IMG/VR virus record: IMGVR_UViG_3300032053_000034
Location: 1 to 64,000 of that record
Source of the DNA: a virus
Strand: one strand, 5' to 3'
Length of the DNA stretch: 64,000 nucleotides
Below, one piece after another: positions 18,887 through 27,889 of this stretch. Numbering within the stretch: the first letter of the stretch is position 1; every line of letters begins with the position of its first letter. Both the position numbers and the translations under genes were made by a program. The notes beneath the pieces are model-generated. The model did not search any database, was not told the origin of the DNA, and saw only the letters and a program-made list of their open reading frames with translations.

Positions 18887-18922
18887 TAACAGAGTGTCAT
18901 TAGTGACACTCTGTTATTTTAT
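18887..18922 (+). terminator. Intrinsic terminator after MCP
   Basis: 13-bp perfect stem TAACAGAGTGTCA/TGACACTCTGTTA followed by T-rich tail. Confidence 0.85.
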
Positions 18923-18956
18923 TTATTTGTTAAATAGTTAGAAATTAATTAGTTAT

Positions 18957-19832
18957 ATGGGATTTACAAACAAAAAACCAGTTGCTCCTGTAGATGAAGC
19001 TCCTGTTGAAAAACTAAATGATGATACAATCCTTGCAATAGCCAATACACCGGTAAAAACAAAGATTAAACACATTGTAAATATTAAGCCAGTAGAAACT
19101 ACTGGAGGTACAGTTAAGTCAAACCTAAATGGCGGTAAGGTTAATAAGTTATTACCAAATGGAACTTTGATTCTGGCTACACAAAAAGACGAATATGACA
19201 ATCCAATTGAGTTTATCTCAGAGGAAGAATTTGAATTATTGGTAAGGAAATTTAATCCTAGAGCCAATTACAGAGATTTTCTTTTGGGCTATCAATTGAG
19301 ATTTACAGATAAAGGATTAAAACTTGATGTTGCAGTTCCTGATAATATGGTTAAATACAAGTTCTGCCAAGTGCATTCTTGGATTGCTAGTTCAAAATCA
19401 GGAGCAAACCCAGCAATTCATTTCTTCTTTATTGAAGATGAAACTGCAGAGGCAAAAATTTCTAACCTTAAAATGGAGGTAGAACTTGATTGCTTTGCAG
19501 CACTGAAAAAAATGTCATCAGTTGATAGAAGAGATTTCTTGAAATTGTATGGAATAGTTCCAGATACATTCTCTGATGAGATTGTATTAAAAAGGCTTAG
19601 AGATTTTATTGCTGTTGATCCAGAGAAGTTTATTTTGCGTTATGATGATATTCACAAAGCAATTAAAATTCTTATCAGCTCTTTAATATTGAAAGGAGTC
19701 TTAAGAAGAAATGGTAAGTCAATCTTCTATGAAGAAACCTGTATTGGTGGAAATGAAGAACTTGCTGTTGAGTATTTGAATAATGGTGCAAATGATGACT
19801 TGTTAACACAGCTTTATAGGCTGAATAAATAA
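18957..19832 (+). CDS. Conserved Crassvirales protein downstream of MCP
   Basis: L.L..P.....Y, P..F, G......AVEYL motifs; synteny. Confidence 0.7.
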   Translation: MGFTNKKPVAPVDEAPVEKLNDDTILAIANTPVKTKIKHIVNIKPVETTGGTVKSNLNGGKVNKLLPNGTLILATQKDEYDNPIEFISEEEFELLVRKFNPRANYRDFLLGYQLRFTDKGLKLDVAVPDNMVKYKFCQVHSWIASSKSGANPAIHFFFIEDETAEAKISNLKMEVELDCFAALKKMSSVDRRDFLKLYGIVPDTFSDEIVLKRLRDFIAVDPEKFILRYDDIHKAIKILISSLILKGVLRRNGKSIFYEETCIGGNEELAVEYLNNGANDDLLTQLYRLNK

Positions 19833-20551
19833 TGACACTAACAGAATCTCTTGATAGTACTAGATACCAACTAGATAAATCTGGGTCTCACGCTCTGGCT
19901 GACTTTCAGCCAGAGGATTTGGCCTTTTGGATGGATGAGGCTACTAAAGAGTTTGTGAAGTTAAGGTATGGTATTAATAACAATGTTCAAAAGTCATTTG
20001 AAACTACTGAAAAAAGAGTTGATGATATTAGAACACTTGTTACAACTACTGATAATTTAACCTTTATTCCTGCACCAGATTATAATTTTGGTGTACAACA
20101 AGGTGTCAATGTTTTACAAGCAACACTTCCAATTGATTATTGGATATTATCCAATGTAATTGGGTATGGGTATTTGGGAAATTGTTTCTCTAAGGTTTTA
20201 AGAACAAAACAAATTAGTCATGATGAAATAGCGGCTGCTCTTGCTGATCCTTTTAATAGACCAACAGGAACAAAGCTACTTTATATGTTTGAGCAAAAGA
20301 CTATAATTATATTTGTAGTTCCTGGCTTAGTTACTGATAAGTTTCTTATTACGTATATAAGAAGACCAAAATCAATATTAGCAACACTGATAGGAGATCC
20401 TGTGAATGCATATACAAATATGAACTCACAAATAGAACTTCCAGACCTTGTTCATAATGAGATAGTGAAACTTTGTGTTAGAATGATTCTTGAAAATATT
20501 GAATCAGGAAGATATAACACTATCCTTAACGAGTATAAAGACGTTGAATAG
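19832..20551 (+). CDS. Tail ring/head-tail adaptor protein
   Basis: FETTEKRVDDIRTL, DPFNRP, YIRRP, ELP..H.EIV..V motifs of crAss ring proteins. Confidence 0.8.
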   Translation: MTLTESLDSTRYQLDKSGSHALADFQPEDLAFWMDEATKEFVKLRYGINNNVQKSFETTEKRVDDIRTLVTTTDNLTFIPAPDYNFGVQQGVNVLQATLPIDYWILSNVIGYGYLGNCFSKVLRTKQISHDEIAAALADPFNRPTGTKLLYMFEQKTIIIFVVPGLVTDKFLITYIRRPKSILATLIGDPVNAYTNMNSQIELPDLVHNEIVKLCVRMILENIESGRYNTILNEYKDVE

Positions 20552-20601
20552 TATGTTCTATTTAACTAACAGATAACACAAACTTCAAATTTAAAAAAGA
20601 G

Positions 20602-21741
20602 ATGAGTACTATTGTAGGCAAAAGCGTGCTTGATGTAGAGATTGGAACTGATTATTCCGCTTTAGCATCACCTCCAACAAATCAACTTGGTGTTATAGAT
20701 TTCCCAGCAGGGATTGCTACCACCAATGCTACCACATCCAATGCAATTCAGTTTATTCAGTCTTGTATTGAGAATGGACAACCAATCAGAAGGTTGTCTA
20801 ATTACATTCAAAAAGGACAAATACAGAGATACACTCAACAAAACTTTATTGCATTAAACACGCAGACTGGTATTGTTAGTTTTACTGGATTTGTTCCATT
20901 GGTAAATGTCAATTACAATTTTGCAATTGAAAGAAAAGATTCACAATCTTTTGAAGTATTCAGACACAATTATGTAATTAATGGTGGTACAACTGTTGCT
21001 TTAACTCTTGCTCAATTCTTAGCACAAGTTGTTACATTGGTTAATGCTGATTTCAATTACAATGAAATTACAGCAACAATCAATAGTACAACTGCTGGTG
21101 AATTATTGCTTGCTGGCAAAGCTAACAAGTCTGACATTACCTTTGAGTTTATTCTTGGAACCAACTTCCCAACAAACATTGTCCCAACATATGTTGGTGC
21201 TGATAAAGGTGTTGGAGCATATCCTACAGTTTCAGAAATGGAGCAGTATTATAAAGGATATAGGGGTCTTCAGATAAACTGGGTTCCTGCTGATTACAAT
21301 GGTGGAACTACATTCTATTATGCACAAGACAGAATCCTTGCAGGTGTTCCAACCGCAACTGGTACTTTGGGTTCAACAACAGTAACTCTTACTGCTGATC
21401 AAGCTGGTACTTATGCCTTAAGAGCTGGACAAGCAATTGTAATCCTTGGTAATACTTATGTGATTGCTAAGAAAACAGCACTTGTGATTGAATTGAATAT
21501 TCCTGCATTGACAGCAATTCCTGCATTAACACCAGTATCAATGTATGTTGGTTATGACACCTTTACTGTTGTTCATAGACATTATTATTCTGGATTATCT
21601 GAAGGCAACTCCAATGCTCCAATTGTGTCAACTGCTTATGTTGCTTCTTTAGTGGCAGCCCCATCTGCAGGTAGTACAGCATTGACTACACTGTTAAGTT
21701 CTGGAACAACAAACTTAGCGGTAAGCTGGATTGGTAATTAA
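20602..21741 (+). CDS. Auxiliary capsid/structural protein
   Basis: T/A/G-rich; G.G....V..ME....GY motif; followed by a terminator like an abundant virion protein. Confidence 0.6.
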   Translation: MSTIVGKSVLDVEIGTDYSALASPPTNQLGVIDFPAGIATTNATTSNAIQFIQSCIENGQPIRRLSNYIQKGQIQRYTQQNFIALNTQTGIVSFTGFVPLVNVNYNFAIERKDSQSFEVFRHNYVINGGTTVALTLAQFLAQVVTLVNADFNYNEITATINSTTAGELLLAGKANKSDITFEFILGTNFPTNIVPTYVGADKGVGAYPTVSEMEQYYKGYRGLQINWVPADYNGGTTFYYAQDRILAGVPTATGTLGSTTVTLTADQAGTYALRAGQAIVILGNTYVIAKKTALVIELNIPALTAIPALTPVSMYVGYDTFTVVHRHYYSGLSEGNSNAPIVSTAYVASLVAAPSAGSTALTTLLSSGTTNLAVSWIGN

Positions 21742-21764
21742 TTAATATTGGGGTGATTAAAATT

Positions 21765-21800
21765 AAAGCCACACTCTTTGGGTGTGGCTTTTTTTATTTT
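21765..21800 (+). terminator. Intrinsic terminator
   Basis: AAAGCCACAC-TC-TTT-GG-GTGTGGCTTT followed by a T run. Confidence 0.85.
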
Positions 21801-21831
21801 AATATTCGTATATTATCTAAACATAAAGGTG

Positions 21832-22506
21832 ATGGCAACATACGCAGAAATTGTAAATAACCTTAGAAACATATATTCTAGTGGTATCTCAAGCGATGAC
21901 TATAACATTGAAGATGAGCAGCTTTTGTTTATTTTTAATACATATAGGGCATTATTTATTAGGAGAGAACTTGATAAAGGCTCTGCAATTAATTCAAATC
22001 TGGTTCAAGATTTTTGTATTAATATGGAGTGTGGGGATTATTCTGATTGTTGCCCTGGTCTTGATACTGGAACAAGAATCATGAAAAGTGTACAGAAATT
22101 ACCAACAGTTATTGACTCAAAGTTTATGAGTTTACTTATGAAGATTGGTAGTGCTGATGGCTCTGTCTCATACCAAATAGTACCAGAGACTCAGGTTAGA
22201 TGGAATTATAATAAGTATACCGGAAAGTTGATTAAGGTTTGGATTAAAAACAACCATGTATTAGCAATAAACATGGATCCAGCAGTAACTACACTTTCTG
22301 TATCAGGAGTATTTGAACATCCACACTTTATAAGTGGAGCAGGAACATGTGATGGTGGATGTTTTTCTTGGGATGAGACTTACCCAATAGCTGCATCAAT
22401 GATTCCGATCATTAATAGTGAAATACTTTCAAAAGAACTTAGAATCATTTCTTCAACTAATCCTGATATTCAAAATGATACTAATAACCAAAGAGGCCAA
22501 GGATAG
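21832..22506 (+). CDS. Tail ring protein (start reassigned to ATG 21832)
   Basis: SDD......L.......R...I, GVFE.P, YPI motifs; the upstream TTG start lies inside the terminator. Confidence 0.75.
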   Translation: MATYAEIVNNLRNIYSSGISSDDYNIEDEQLLFIFNTYRALFIRRELDKGSAINSNLVQDFCINMECGDYSDCCPGLDTGTRIMKSVQKLPTVIDSKFMSLLMKIGSADGSVSYQIVPETQVRWNYNKYTGKLIKVWIKNNHVLAINMDPAVTTLSVSGVFEHPHFISGAGTCDGGCFSWDETYPIAASMIPIINSEILSKELRIISSTNPDIQNDTNNQRGQG

Positions 22507-22981
22507 GATTCTTAATGATCAGGTTAATGATCTACAAGATTTTACAGAGATTTCTTCTGGGGTCTTTGGATTACACGGAAAGAATATATATCCCGCAGGT
22601 TTTGATTATGACAGAATGAAAATGTCCTACTCTCTTTGTAAGATGAATAACAAATCTTTAAAAATGAAGAGGGGGGAGTTTCTCGAAGTAATTAAAGTTC
22701 TTGGCGAAGTTATTATGGATTTTTTATTAGATTATGAGATAATTCATTTAAGAGGAATTGGTACAATATTCTTTGCTGGTGTAGAAAGGTTTACTTCTAA
22801 GTATACTATCAGAAAGTGCAGAAAAGATAATACCCAAGGATTGGCAAGTTTAAAGTGTAAACTTATTCCTTCATGGAGAATGAAGTATACAGTATTGCAC
22901 ACTAGGGAAACTAATAAAAGATTGATTGAGTTTCATAGGGGCGGTAACTCTTTCCCTTCTTACTTTGTAAACAAGAAATGA
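22418..22981 (+). CDS. IHF/HU-like protein of the tail module (start probably ATG 22475)
   Basis: 'EF..VI..L...I...LL....I.L.GIGTI' HU-like pattern; IHF-like genes lie here in crAss-like phages. Confidence 0.55.
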   Translation: MKYFQKNLESFLQLILIFKMILITKEAKDRILNDQVNDLQDFTEISSGVFGLHGKNIYPAGFDYDRMKMSYSLCKMNNKSLKMKRGEFLEVIKVLGEVIMDFLLDYEIIHLRGIGTIFFAGVERFTSKYTIRKCRKDNTQGLASLKCKLIPSWRMKYTVLHTRETNKRLIEFHRGGNSFPSYFVNKK

Positions 22982-22982
22982 C

Positions 22983-23864
22983 ATGGTTAATAAATACACA
23001 TCCATAAAAGTTCTCATAACTAAGATTGTTAGGGACCTGAATATGACCAATGATGAAAGGATCTGGGACACTATAGAGTGGATTGCTGAGGGACTTGAAC
23101 ACATTGGTAGTTATAACCAGTATGTTGCAAAAGGTATTCAGTTTGAACTTTGTGACAGCTTTAAGTATCCTATTCCTTGCGACCTGGTTAAGCTTACAGC
23201 AATGAATACCGGAGGTAGACCATTATCATATTTGACCGGAACTATGGACATGCAGGATGCCAAATTCTTCAAACAGCCATATACACAGCCAGTACCTAAA
23301 ATATGTGGTGAATTTACTCAGGCAGATGGAACCCCAATTTTCATAAATTGTGGGACTGGTAATATAAACAATCCAAACAATGTAAATGGAAATGAAACTA
23401 TTGCTACTGCTGCTGGTAATTCTGGCTTTACCAATACTAGACCAGGATATGTTGTTAATGGTGGCTGGTTTAATTTCAATTTTTCTTCTGGCCTTGTTTC
23501 TCTTTCTTATCTTGGTCTTCTTGTGGATTGCGATGGATACCCAATGATTCCTGATATGGCATCTGTTAGAGAAGCTTTGTTCAAATATGTTGTAATGAAG
23601 TTCTATTATTCTAAGTATATTCTTGGACAAATACCCCCATCAGTATACAGGGATATGCAAGAAGATTGGCATTGGTATTGTTCTCAAGCAAGAGGAGAAA
23701 TGAACATGCCTACTCTTGATAAAATGGAAAGCATTAAGAATAACTGGCTTAGACTTAAACCTCTATTGCAGCAAGAGTCTTATGGCTTTACAGATATTGG
23801 TGTTAACTCAAGAACTAATGGCCTGGGCGCTATTGGCTTGACTGGAAATAATGGTATCCTTTAA
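22983..23864 (+). CDS. Tail ring/tubular protein
   Basis: YTSIK..I.K..RD, EWI.E.L..IG, D.DGYPMIPD, W.WYC.QA motifs. Confidence 0.8.
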   Translation: MVNKYTSIKVLITKIVRDLNMTNDERIWDTIEWIAEGLEHIGSYNQYVAKGIQFELCDSFKYPIPCDLVKLTAMNTGGRPLSYLTGTMDMQDAKFFKQPYTQPVPKICGEFTQADGTPIFINCGTGNINNPNNVNGNETIATAAGNSGFTNTRPGYVVNGGWFNFNFSSGLVSLSYLGLLVDCDGYPMIPDMASVREALFKYVVMKFYYSKYILGQIPPSVYRDMQEDWHWYCSQARGEMNMPTLDKMESIKNNWLRLKPLLQQESYGFTDIGVNSRTNGLGAIGLTGNNGIL

Positions 23865-23875
23865 TAGAAACTGCA

Positions 23876-26800
23876 ATGGCAACAAAACAAAAAGACGGAG
23901 GAAATATATCATATTCTAATATCCTTACTGGAGGTATGAATAAGGATGTGGACCCTTCTTTCCAACCTGAAAATACATATACTCTTGCTGAAGGGATGAC
24001 TGTCAGTAATAGAGAGCATGATGCTATGCTAGAAACTGAAGAAGGAAACTCTAGCGCCTTTGCATTACCAGACAATACAATACCTCGAGTTACTCCTTTA
24101 GACCCTGATGCTAATGTTATTGGGTCCACAACTATTGATAATTTGGTGTTTGTATTTTCGACTAATCCACTTGGAAGGGATTATATAACAATCTGCAATA
24201 AAACTGATGGCACTTCAAAATTAATTCGCGTAAATATTGACCCAACACTTCCTCCAGATGTGGTTTATAATCTTGGGTTTGATATAAACTTTCGTGTGAA
24301 AGCTGAGGCAAAGATTCTTTTTAATGGAGACATTGGGTTATACTTTACTGATAACTTAAACCCAATCAGGTATATCAGGGTAAAAAATAATGCCGGTGTT
24401 TATTCTGGATTCCTAGGTAAGCTTCTCTCTGGAGTATCAACTCCACTGATTGATGTATCTATGCAGGATGGTGGAGGGGCTATTGCGTGTTCTTCATATT
24501 TATTTGCCATTGGGTACACAGATGCTTCAGATACTGTTGTTGGGTATTCTACATTTACAAACCCATATCCTGTAGTGGATGATTATCTTCCTGGCCCAGG
24601 GAATATCCCAGTGTTTGATGGAGCTTATAATGATGTAAAAGCAAATAAGATATTTGAACTAACAATTAATGAGGCAGCATTTGATCCTTCTTATGTTAGC
24701 TTTAAAATTGCACTGATAACATTTATTGGTTTCTCAAATACTCCAAGTGTATTTCTTCTTGATGTTCCATACAGGGCAAGATTTATTGCTGGTAAAATGA
24801 ATATTCAGATTACCGGTAATGAACCTTCAACTCAAATATCATTAGCAGAAGTTACTATTCCATTTGCTGATTATAGATATGCAAAAGAAGTCGCTCAGTT
24901 ATATAACAGATTACTGTTTGCTAATCTTAGAAAAGAAGATCTTCCAATTGATTTTGAAGCTATTGCTAATGCAATTAGTTTAACTCCTTGGCAAAAGCCA
25001 ATTGATACCAATATTGTTGAATACAATGGTACTGGTGGATACAAGGATGGTGGTACTTGTGTTACCAATAAGTCATATATGCGCGATGAAGTATATTCAT
25101 TTGCCATAGTATTTATTATAGATGAAACAACAGAAACCAATGCTTATCATATTGCTGCACCAAAAGTATCTGCTTCTCCAATAATTTATGGACAGAAATA
25201 TCCACCAGCTTCACCTGGAACATTTGGGACTTACTACGCTAGTCAACAACAATACAAGACTGGATCTCCATATTTTACTGGACTAGAAGATGACCATGTT
25301 AGGTATCATGTTATTCCTAAGTATGACTTAATGCAGTCTGGCTCTGATCATGTTGTTATGGCCATTGGTGTAAATGTTACTAATGTTGCCAATGCATTAT
25401 TGCTTATTCCAGACCCTCTATTAAGAGCAAGAATTACTGGATATAGATTGGTTAGAAGACAGAGAAATAATGACTCAAATAAAACCATTGTCTCTCAAGG
25501 TCTTATTCAGAAGTATATTCAGGATCTTAATTGGGGAGGCTTTAGTGGAAACCAAACAAGATGTAACACTGCATTTGGATACCCAGAGAATTCAAGCCAG
25601 TTTGAAATTGCACTTAACAATGCACAGATTGGTTTTTCATCAGTCACAATAGAAGGAAGAGTTATTCTGTATCAAATGTCTCCTGGTACTTTAAATGCAA
25701 ATTTAAGAGCAAAGCAAATTTGTGGTTTTATTTCACCAGAAACAGTGTTTGGACAAAGCACTTCATTGCAGGTTTCCAAGATTAGACCAGAAAGAGCTAT
25801 TGGTACTCCGGTAATTAATTCCTATGGATATGGCCTAAATATTGATGGCTCTTGGAATTACGTCACCCAGGGCAGTACTGATAATTATAATCTTGGCACA
25901 AATACAGAGTTTACTTGGTACACTCCTGGCGTAGAGGTTGTTAACAATCTTTTTGCAAAGATTGATAAAACTGTAACTATAGATCAGTACTGGATAAATC
26001 CAGCCAATAGTTTACTTCAACCATCTACACTGATGGATCAGTTTGGTACTCAGTTTGGGATTGGAACTGTTAGTTTAATCTCATTGCCTGTACAGACAAA
26101 TCACCTTGGTATAAATTTAAGGCAAAATCCAACTGATGATATTAACAATAGATTGTTACTGTATAATGGTGGATGGGCTGACAGTTATGTTATGAATCTT
26201 GAAAATGAGAATCCAAACTGTTATACAACATTGTATTCATCTGAGTATATTAGTTGTGAGTTAATACCGACTATTGCAGATGCATATATTCTTGGAGGAG
26301 ATACATTCATTTCTAGGTTTACAGCTGTTAATCAAATACCAAAATATGTTGATGATGGGGCTTCAAAAACTCTTGGAGCATGGGCTGGCGGTGTTGGTAC
26401 TTATATTGAAAGCCAGTATAACTGTGACTTAAGACATAGGTTAACTAGTAATAATGGTAGTCAAAAGGCAACTCCTTATGTTGATTATATTTCCAATGAC
26501 AGGTTTATTGATACATTTAGAAATACCTTTTTTAAGAGATATGGTATTCAAGACTCCACTTATAATGACGCGTACTCTGCAGAAAACAATTTTAATATTT
26601 GGTTAACAAAGTCTGAGTTCTTTGACCAAGTATTTAACTTTGCTGATAGGATTATTTATTCTGATCAGTCAATTGAAGGTGAAGGTACTGATAGGTATTT
26701 AATATTTAGACAAAATAATTACAAGGATATTCCTAAAAATAGAGGGCCAATCTGGAATTTGTTTGCCTATGACAATGATATTTATGCGCAATGCATAAGT

Positions 26801-27889
26801 TCAACTTATAAAACAAACATGCAGACAACTGCAGTAATCTCTGCTAATAATGGTGTTCAGGCAACATTAGGCGCAAGTGGATTATTCAGTATGCCTGAGC
26901 AGGAGCTTCTAACTATCTCCGGTGGCTATGGTGGCTCTCAAGATTCTTTTAGCGGTGTTAATACTCCAAGAGGAAGATACTTCATTGACAGGGCTCAAGG
27001 GAAGGTTTTCTTATTATCAAGAGGGCTTGAAGAAGTTTCCATTGATGGGATGTTTCACTTCTTTGCTGATAATTCAGAATTTATTGTTCCTAATAATAAG
27101 TCATATCAAGAAAATGATCAATTCCAAAATCCAAATGGACATGGTATTGGTATTGGGTATGATGCTGCGGGAAGAAGATTAATTATCTGCAGAAGAAGTA
27201 ATGATGACACATCAAAAGATTTCACAGCCTCATTCTCTTTTGTAACTGGTAAATGGGCTGCCTTACATAGGTATAAACCAAACATGTTTATTAATTCTGG
27301 CATAGAGCTCTATACTTGCGTAAACACAAATGTAAATGGTGTATCTGGAATCTTATGGAAGCATAGGGGTGGAGTACCTGGTTCTTTCTATGGACAGTCA
27401 CCATATCCATCTATCTTAGAACTATCAGTTAATGAGCCAGCAATTAGGAATAAGGTTCTTGATAACTTGGTAGTATCTGGAGAAACTAGAATTGTAAATA
27501 ACTTAGGAGCTGAGTTATTGTTGCCAATAAGAGCTGTTGGTGACTTTTTAAAGATCTCCTCTAGGTTTTGTAACTCTGGATTGAGATCTTTAGAATACTC
27601 TAATGCGTTTAACTTTAAACCTACACCAGCAACATCAATAACACCTGGTTCTGTAGCTGTAGGATATTACAATAGACAGTATCAATTATCTTGCCCAAGA
27701 AGCTTAGTACAGGATTCTGAGTATTCAAATCCTAATGGTATTAATGTCAATAATATTAAACCTGATATGCTCTTTGCTCCTAGATTAAAAGATACGTACT
27801 TTATAGTTAGGTTTGAATTTTCTAACTTGAGCTCAACTAAGATAAGTATTGATGCAGTATTGGCTTCACTAAGATTAAACATAAGATAA
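23876..27889 (+). CDS. Tail stabilisation/muzzle protein (P22 gp10-like beta-propeller)
   Basis: GGMNKD, YFTD..NP.R, NRLLFANL, SYMRDEVYSFAI, GGDTFI, RIIYS, YGGSQ motifs. Confidence 0.88.
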   Translation: MATKQKDGGNISYSNILTGGMNKDVDPSFQPENTYTLAEGMTVSNREHDAMLETEEGNSSAFALPDNTIPRVTPLDPDANVIGSTTIDNLVFVFSTNPLGRDYITICNKTDGTSKLIRVNIDPTLPPDVVYNLGFDINFRVKAEAKILFNGDIGLYFTDNLNPIRYIRVKNNAGVYSGFLGKLLSGVSTPLIDVSMQDGGGAIACSSYLFAIGYTDASDTVVGYSTFTNPYPVVDDYLPGPGNIPVFDGAYNDVKANKIFELTINEAAFDPSYVSFKIALITFIGFSNTPSVFLLDVPYRARFIAGKMNIQITGNEPSTQISLAEVTIPFADYRYAKEVAQLYNRLLFANLRKEDLPIDFEAIANAISLTPWQKPIDTNIVEYNGTGGYKDGGTCVTNKSYMRDEVYSFAIVFIIDETTETNAYHIAAPKVSASPIIYGQKYPPASPGTFGTYYASQQQYKTGSPYFTGLEDDHVRYHVIPKYDLMQSGSDHVVMAIGVNVTNVANALLLIPDPLLRARITGYRLVRRQRNNDSNKTIVSQGLIQKYIQDLNWGGFSGNQTRCNTAFGYPENSSQFEIALNNAQIGFSSVTIEGRVILYQMSPGTLNANLRAKQICGFISPETVFGQSTSLQVSKIRPERAIGTPVINSYGYGLNIDGSWNYVTQGSTDNYNLGTNTEFTWYTPGVEVVNNLFAKIDKTVTIDQYWINPANSLLQPSTLMDQFGTQFGIGTVSLISLPVQTNHLGINLRQNPTDDINNRLLLYNGGWADSYVMNLENENPNCYTTLYSSEYISCELIPTIADAYILGGDTFISRFTAVNQIPKYVDDGASKTLGAWAGGVGTYIESQYNCDLRHRLTSNNGSQKATPYVDYISNDRFIDTFRNTFFKRYGIQDSTYNDAYSAENNFNIWLTKSEFFDQVFNFADRIIYSDQSIEGEGTDRYLIFRQNNYKDIPKNRGPIWNLFAYDNDIYAQCISSTYKTNMQTTAVISANNGVQATLGASGLFSMPEQELLTISGGYGGSQDSFSGVNTPRGRYFIDRAQGKVFLLSRGLEEVSIDGMFHFFADNSEFIVPNNKSYQENDQFQNPNGHGIGIGYDAAGRRLIICRRSNDDTSKDFTASFSFVTGKWAALHRYKPNMFINSGIELYTCVNTNVNGVSGILWKHRGGVPGSFYGQSPYPSILELSVNEPAIRNKVLDNLVVSGETRIVNNLGAELLLPIRAVGDFLKISSRFCNSGLRSLEYSNAFNFKPTPATSITPGSVAVGYYNRQYQLSCPRSLVQDSEYSNPNGINVNNIKPDMLFAPRLKDTYFIVRFEFSNLSSTKISIDAVLASLRLNIR

